Origin: the human T2T-CHM13v2.0 reference genome, Homo sapiens
Reading direction: 5' to 3' (one strand)
NCBI RefSeq assembly: GCF_009914755.1
Contig: NC_060926.1
DNA: 64,000 nt
Numbering within the stretch: position 1 is the first letter of the stretch; the number at the start of each line of letters is the position of its first letter. The notes below the pieces were generated by a model, which was given only the letters and a program-made list of their open reading frames with translations, searched no databases and was not told the DNA's origin. Positions 57,296 through 64,000 of this stretch are shown here, one piece after another. The translations under genes were made by a program, and so were the position numbers.

Positions 57296-60006
57296 TTATA
57301 TTAGCATTAACCTTACACTGTATATGACATTATAAGATGTTAAAAATATCTCTAATAATTTTCAGCATACTGGTAAAAATAAGATGGTTTTCCTAAAAAG
57401 TCTAACTTTGCATTGCTCCAAACACTAGTTTTTGCTTCATTCCTCTCTCCTCAAAAAACTGTCACTTAAAAAAATGAAATTACTTGCTTCTTTTAAGTTA
57501 GCACTCATATATTTGCAATCTTGAAAAGCAATGGATAAAAAGTAAAGACCCAAAATTACTTGCTTGTCTTTCATGCAGCAGTTTATCTTGGTGCAAAACC
57601 TCAGGCTAGCATTCTTTCAGATTCTGAATTCTAGCCTCTCTGGTGACATGTTGTGACTCTGGCACAGTTCCTTAACCTTCTGACATTATCTCCTCATCTG
57701 TAAAATGGAGATGCCTCCCCCTACTTTTTTGTACTTGTCACTCAATACTATCTCCTGTAAGCCTTTCCCCACCTTCCTGCCACATCAGGAATCTTCTGGA
57801 GCATCCTGCACTCAATTCTCTCGCAGCCCTTAAGCATGACTGAAGGTAAGGAAGGGTCTTACGAACCTTTGTATCCCAGTTCTTGGTTTCCCCTCAGATG
57901 CCCTGCCACATCTATGCCTTTTGGCTTGACTGGGGAGGTGGAAAGAACAGGAATTGAAGAAAATCTCTCTTTTTTTTTTTTTTCTGAGATGGGAGTTTCG
58001 CTCTTGTCGCCCAGGCTGGAGTGCAATGGCACAATTTCGGCTCACTTGCAACCTCCCTCTCCCATGTTCAAGCGATTCTCCTGCCTCAGTCTCCAGTAAC
58101 TGGGATTACGAGTGTGCGCCACCACACTCGGCTAATTTTTGTATTTTTAGCAGAGATGGGGTTTCACTATGATGGCCAGGTTGGTCTCGAACTCCTGACC
58201 TCAGGTGATCCACCCACCTTGGCCTCCCAAAGTGCTGGGATTACAGATGTGAGTCACTGAGCCTGGCCTTTTTTTTTTTTAAGAGACAGGATAGTGCTCT
58301 GCCACCCGGGCTGAAGTGCTGTGGAACGATCACGGCTCACTGCAGCCTCGAACTCTCGGGCTCAACAGATCCTTCAGCCGCAGCCTTCTGAGAAGCTAGG
58401 GCTACAGGCATGTACCACCATGCTCGGCTAATATTTTTTATTTTTCATTTTAGTAGAGATGGGGTCTCGCTATGCTGCCCAGGACAATCTTAAGCTCCTG
58501 GCCTCAAGTAATCCTCCTGCCTCAGCCTCCTGAGTTGCTGACATTACAGGTATGAGCCACTGAACCTGGCTCAAGAATCTAATATTTTTATAAGTCATTA
58601 GCAAAAAGCACGTGGGAGGGTAAAGAAGTACATGAGTGTACACGTGTTGTGTGGTGAGACAGAATGGTGTAAACTGCCTGATTTAGGGGGGCTTATTTTC
58701 TGACCAAACCTCAAAGTAACAAGCTATTCACATAGATAACTTGTATGGTCACGGCTGCTTGGGAATACTCAAATACCAGAAATGTGGGAGGGAGGAGCTG
58801 CAGACAGAACAATACCAGGCACAAAGCTGGGAGTGAGAGCACAGGCCATGTCTATGTAAGGTGGACAGCTGTGCGAAAAGCTACTTGGACTCCCAGGACT
58901 CTCACAGGGAAGGAAGGCTCCCAGTGACTCAGTTGGCCTCCAGGTGCCATCACAATGATGGACGTCACTTACATTTGTAGAGCTTAATATCAAATATTTT
59001 CATTCATTATTCAAAAACCCCTGGGTTTGGGAATACTAATACAGTTTAAAAGAATGAAGATCAGAGACTATGAGAATGTGCAACTTGCCCAAAGTCACAG
59101 ATTAGACATGGTAGAGCCTGGACTTGTCTCTGAAGTTCTCTCTGTATCTGTCTAGGGGTCTGCCTATCTCCATCAATATAGGAATATGAGTCTTCACATA
59201 GACATGGTCCCAGGGACAACGGTAATGTTATCAGACAGGTTAGCATTGGAAAGAACCTCATATCTTATCTAATTCAGCCTTCTCCTCTATGAATGAAGAA
59301 ACCAGCTCCAGAAAGTTAAAGAAACTTGCCAAAGATCTCACAGCAAGCAAGCAAGAGAGCTAGCTGATACTAAGACTCAGATATCTGACCACACTGGAGT
59401 TTCATTCTTCTGGTTTAACTAAAGTTTTGATTGCTTTAAAATGTAAGGACTCTTAGAAGAGGTCACATCTAAAGCTATTACTGGTCATTTTTGGTCATTG
59501 TAAATGAAGAACTTGAGAAAAGGATGTAATGGGAGGCACAAGAAAGGCTATAGGATGCTGACAGTCTATAAATCATGGAGCCTGGAGGCCTTCCATCTGC
59601 ATCAAGGGCTGGCCCTGATATCCTTTGTTTTATAAATTCTGTCCTTTCCCTTACAGTTTAATAGAAACACACCGAAGCCAAGTATCATGATGGGGCATGG
59701 AGAAGAACAGCACAGAGAAGAGAGTGGTGAATGTAGGAAACTGTAGAAGTGTTCCTTAAGATCCAAAAACATCAATCACGCTTCACATCAGCATATCGTG
59801 ACTTAGTGATGTCTAATGAACAAAGACCTTTTTTCACCATGAGTTATGAGAAGTGACTTCTTTGGATGCAAAGGCAAAAGCCATTCTTCTGGGACAGTTC
59901 ATACCTGAAATGTACAAAGACTGACACTGTTATTCTCAATTATTTAAGGGGATAGACCAATGAAACCCCCAAATTATTCATAAATTGTATTTTAGTAATG
60001 ATTTAA

Positions 60007-60337
<331 letters not shown>

Positions 60338-60445
60338 TGATCCAAAGTGCTGGAATTACAGGTGTGAGCCACTGTGCTCGGCCAAGTTTTGCATTAGTTT
60401 TTAGGCTTACTCTGATATTTTTAGAACTGACTCCAGACTCTAAAC

Positions 60446-60456
60446 GTGTGTGTGTG

Positions 60457-60489
<33 letters not shown>
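60446..60489. repeat. Interrupted (GT)n microsatellite
   Basis: Direct reading. Confidence 0.95.
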
Positions 60490-60492
<3 letters not shown>

Positions 60493-61559
60493 AGGGAGGG
60501 GAACAAAAGTTGAATAACTATTGGGTACTATGTTCAGTACCTGAGTGATGGGATCAGTTGTACCCCAAACCTCAGCATCATGCTATGTACCCAGGTAACA
60601 AACATGCACACGTATCCCCTAAATCTAGAAAATAAGTTGAAGTTATAAAAAAAGATAGAGAGTATCATTTTATTGATTTATTTTTACCTTTTATTGTGAT
60701 ACTATACATTTTTTGAATTTTAGCTGGGGCCTGCAAAATCCCAAAAAGTAAAGAGTAAAAGAGCCTGAATTTAAGTTGCCTGATTTTTCTAAGCAATTTT
60801 CTCACCTGTAAACAGATTAAGAACTACTTTAAAGTGTTGTTGGGATTAAAAGGGTGTATTTATCAGAATTAATGCGTGTGTATAAATAAAGTGTTTGGTA
60901 CATAAAAGGGGATTAACGTCTCTTTTAAGTAAGAGGACTAAATGGGCTAGGGGGTCACCAAGCCACAGGTGCCTGTGATTACAGTAGTGAATATGGGTCA
61001 AGTTCCATATTTTACTCAAATGTCTTGGGTGAGAACAGAATAAGCAGAACTGTTAGAATAAAGTGAAAGGTGGGGAAGAGGCAGGATGGTCTAACAGAGA
61101 GGTACACAAGGTACTAAGAAACAGGAGACCTGCTCTACACTAAGTTTGTGTAGTACTTTGGGCAAATCTCTTACTCTTTCTAGACTGAAGTTCTCTTATG
61201 GACAAAATGAAGATAAACTGACCAGGCGCAGTGGCTCACACTTGTAATCCCAGCACTCCTACCTCAGCCTCCAAGTAACTGGAACTACAGATGCATGCCA
61301 CCATGCCTGGCTAACTTAAAACTTTTTTTTTTTTTTGAAAAAATGGCGTCCCTGTATGTTACCCAGTCTCATCTCAAACTCCTGGCCTCAGGCGATCCAC
61401 CCAACTCAGCCTCCCAAAGTGCTGGGATTACAGGAGCGAGCCACCATATCCAGCCCCTCTCCTAAAATATCAAAAGAGAAGCCGGCTATGGGGCTCACCC
61501 CTGTAATCCCAGCACTTTGGGAAGCTGAGGCGGGTGGATCACCTGAGGTCAGGAGTTCA

Positions 61560-61793
<234 letters not shown>

Positions 61794-62514
61794 TTATACA
61801 GGCTAATAAAACCAAGGGCTTTCTCAAGGCCCATTCTGACTCTGGTTAGGAATATGAGCAGGAGGAGTAGAACGGCAGGACTCACAGACATGGAAGGGCC
61901 GAATACCAGCCCCACCAAAAAAGAGGACACGGCCACTCCAGCCTTGTGGCTTTGGAAATCTATGTTCTGTCTGAGTTGGGGTGTAAGCCCTGAAGTCTCA
62001 TGACGAGAGATGATGTTTTAAAACTCTAGTCACCCTAAAAAAGAAATAAAATAAAATGAAATCTAGTCACTCTAAAGAGTTCTTAGCATTGAGAAACCAT
62101 TTGTGACATCTGCAAGTTGGAAGCAAAAGTCAAACATCATGCCCCATTCCAAGTTCATTTTAGAGAATTAAATCTGCAGAAAGATAAGCTTTCCAGAGTA
62201 AAAACACATATTATGATCAACCTTGGACTTCTCAGTATCACGAGACAGCAGTTGGAAATGAGGAAGAGGCCAGGCCAAAAGTTATGAGAAGAATGCCCGT
62301 CTTGACTATAAACTTTTGAGAAAACACAGCTTCTCTTGCTTAACTTCTCAAGAGATGATGAATTGCCATAAACCAAGAGGCACTTTTTTAAAAAAGTTTT
62401 TAATTCTAAGAAGCAGCACTGATGGGGCAACGAATGTCTTCTTGCTTAGTCTGTGGAACGCCGAGATCAGTACTGCAGACTTGTTATAAAGATCGTTTCC
62501 TCAAATCCTTGGGC

Positions 62515-63152
62515 ATTGTTGGTGGGAATGTAAAATGATGCAGCCTCTATGGAAAACAGTGGTCCTCAAAAAGTTAAAAATAGAATTAGCATATGATCCA
62601 GCAATTCCATTTCTGGGTATATACCCAAGAGAATTGAAAGCAGGATCTGGAAGAGAAATTTGTGCACTCAATGTTCACAGAGGCATCTCTCACAAAAGAC
62701 AAAAGATGGAAGCAACCCAAGTGTCCATTAACAGATGAAAGGAGAAAGAAAATGTGGTATATACATACAATGGAATATTACTTAGCCTGAGAAAGGAAGA
62801 AAATTCTGACATATCCTACAACATGAATGAACCTTAAGGATATGATACTAAATGAAATAAGCCAGTCACAAAAGGACAAATACTGTATGATTCCACTTAC
62901 ATTCGGTTCCTAGAGTAGTAAAATTCATAGAGACAGAAAATAGAGTGGTGGTTGCCAGGGGCTGGGGGGAGGGGAAATAGAGAGTTGTTGTTTAATGGGT
63001 ACAGAGTTTCAGTTTCACAAGTTGAAAAAAGGTGGGTGGATGGATGGTAGTGATGGCTGCAAAACAATGAGAATATACTTAATGCCACTGAACTGTACAC
63101 TTAGAAATGGTTAAAATGGTAAATCTCATTATGTACATTTTACTACAATTTA
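62515..63152 (+). mobile_element. Old L1M (L1MB-like) 3' fragment
   Basis: GGTGGGAATGTAAAATG...CCAGCAATTCCATTTCTGGGTATATACCCAAGAGAATTGAAAGCAGG, typical of the L1 ORF2 end and 3' UTR. Confidence 0.85.
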
Positions 63153-63233
63153 AAAGAATGATTTAAAAATATTGTCCCCAGTTTTCAGAGAAAATTCCTC
63201 AATCTTTCTAAAATATATCTATGTGTGTGTACC

Positions 63234-63256
63234 CACACACACACACACACACACAC
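63234..63256. repeat. (CA)n microsatellite
   Basis: Direct reading. Confidence 0.95.
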
Positions 63257-64000
63257 TTTTTAAGAGACAGGGTCTCACTCTGTCACACCCAGGCTAGAGT
63301 GTAGTAGTGTGATCATAGCTCATTGCAGCCTCAAACTCCTGGGCTCAAGGATCCTCCTGCCTCAGCCTCCCAAGTAGCTAGGACTACAGGCATGCAGCAC
63401 TATGCCTGGCTAATTAAAAAAAAATTTTTTTTTTTTTAGATACAGGGTCTCACCACGTTGCCCAGGCTGGTCTCGAACTCCCAGGCTCAAGTGATCCTTT
63501 CGCCTTGGCCCCGCAAAGTGCTGAGATTATAGGCATGAGCCTGGCCCAGCCTCTTTTCTACCATATTTTAAAATGCTGGTACTACTTATAGCTTATCTGT
63601 TTCCTAATGCATACAGAAGGCAAATAAATGGACAAGCAGCATTTGAGCATCAGTGAAATACTCTGAGACTCACTAGCCATGCATCATTTGGCAGCTTTGT
63701 AAGCATACAAATGTTCATGGCTATGATTTTCATATTCCAGACCTTCTAAGAAAATTTGTTTTATAGTGCTTTGAAAAATAAAAATATTCCTTAAAACAAA
63801 CCAACGAACCAACCTACAATTATCCAGTGCCCTTTACCCATAGTTTGACAATCACTGTATCCAGGAAATCTATTTTAATGGTTCTCAGTTGTGCAAAAGT
63901 TAAAGGTCATAAGAGCAAGTTTAATTTCAACAAGAGAAAAATATCATTTTATGATAACTAGGACTGCCCCACTGGGAATAGGGATGTAGAACCAAAGTTG

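Noticed and set aside
58966-58990. Possible microexon AG|CTCTACAAAT|GTAAGT on minus
   Set aside because: Good donor, but 10 nt (frameshifting) and no pyrimidine tract; insufficient support.

Overview
Human (or very closely related primate) genomic DNA, Alu-rich. I recognise two minus-strand genes from their translated exons: the 5' end of NFU1 (Fe-S cluster carrier; exon 1 in a CpG island at ~9.5-10 kb, exon 2 at 4218-4321) and the 3' end of AAK1 (AP2-associated kinase 1; last five coding exons at 55122-48179, then a very long 3' UTR that probably runs to ~30.3 kb). Between them is a nest of endogenous retroviruses: an LTR12 pointing at NFU1, a two-LTR HERV-H provirus (15316-21648) inserted in an older ERV1, MER41A, MER57 and short young L1 fragments. 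The main observation is a 1127-nt open exon (38861-37735) buried in the apparent AAK1 3' UTR. It has a clean phase-1 splice acceptor, joins in frame to the penultimate AAK1 exon, and would replace the 31-aa canonical tail with a 375-aa BMP2K-like tail carrying repeated D-x-F-x-x-x-P-F motifs (~1305-aa AAK1 isoform). Second, this haplotype has Lys (AAG) at NFU1 codon 25, which removes the ATG that the cytosolic isoform and any LTR-initiated transcript would need. Gene and repeat-family names come from my recall of known sequences, not from a database search.
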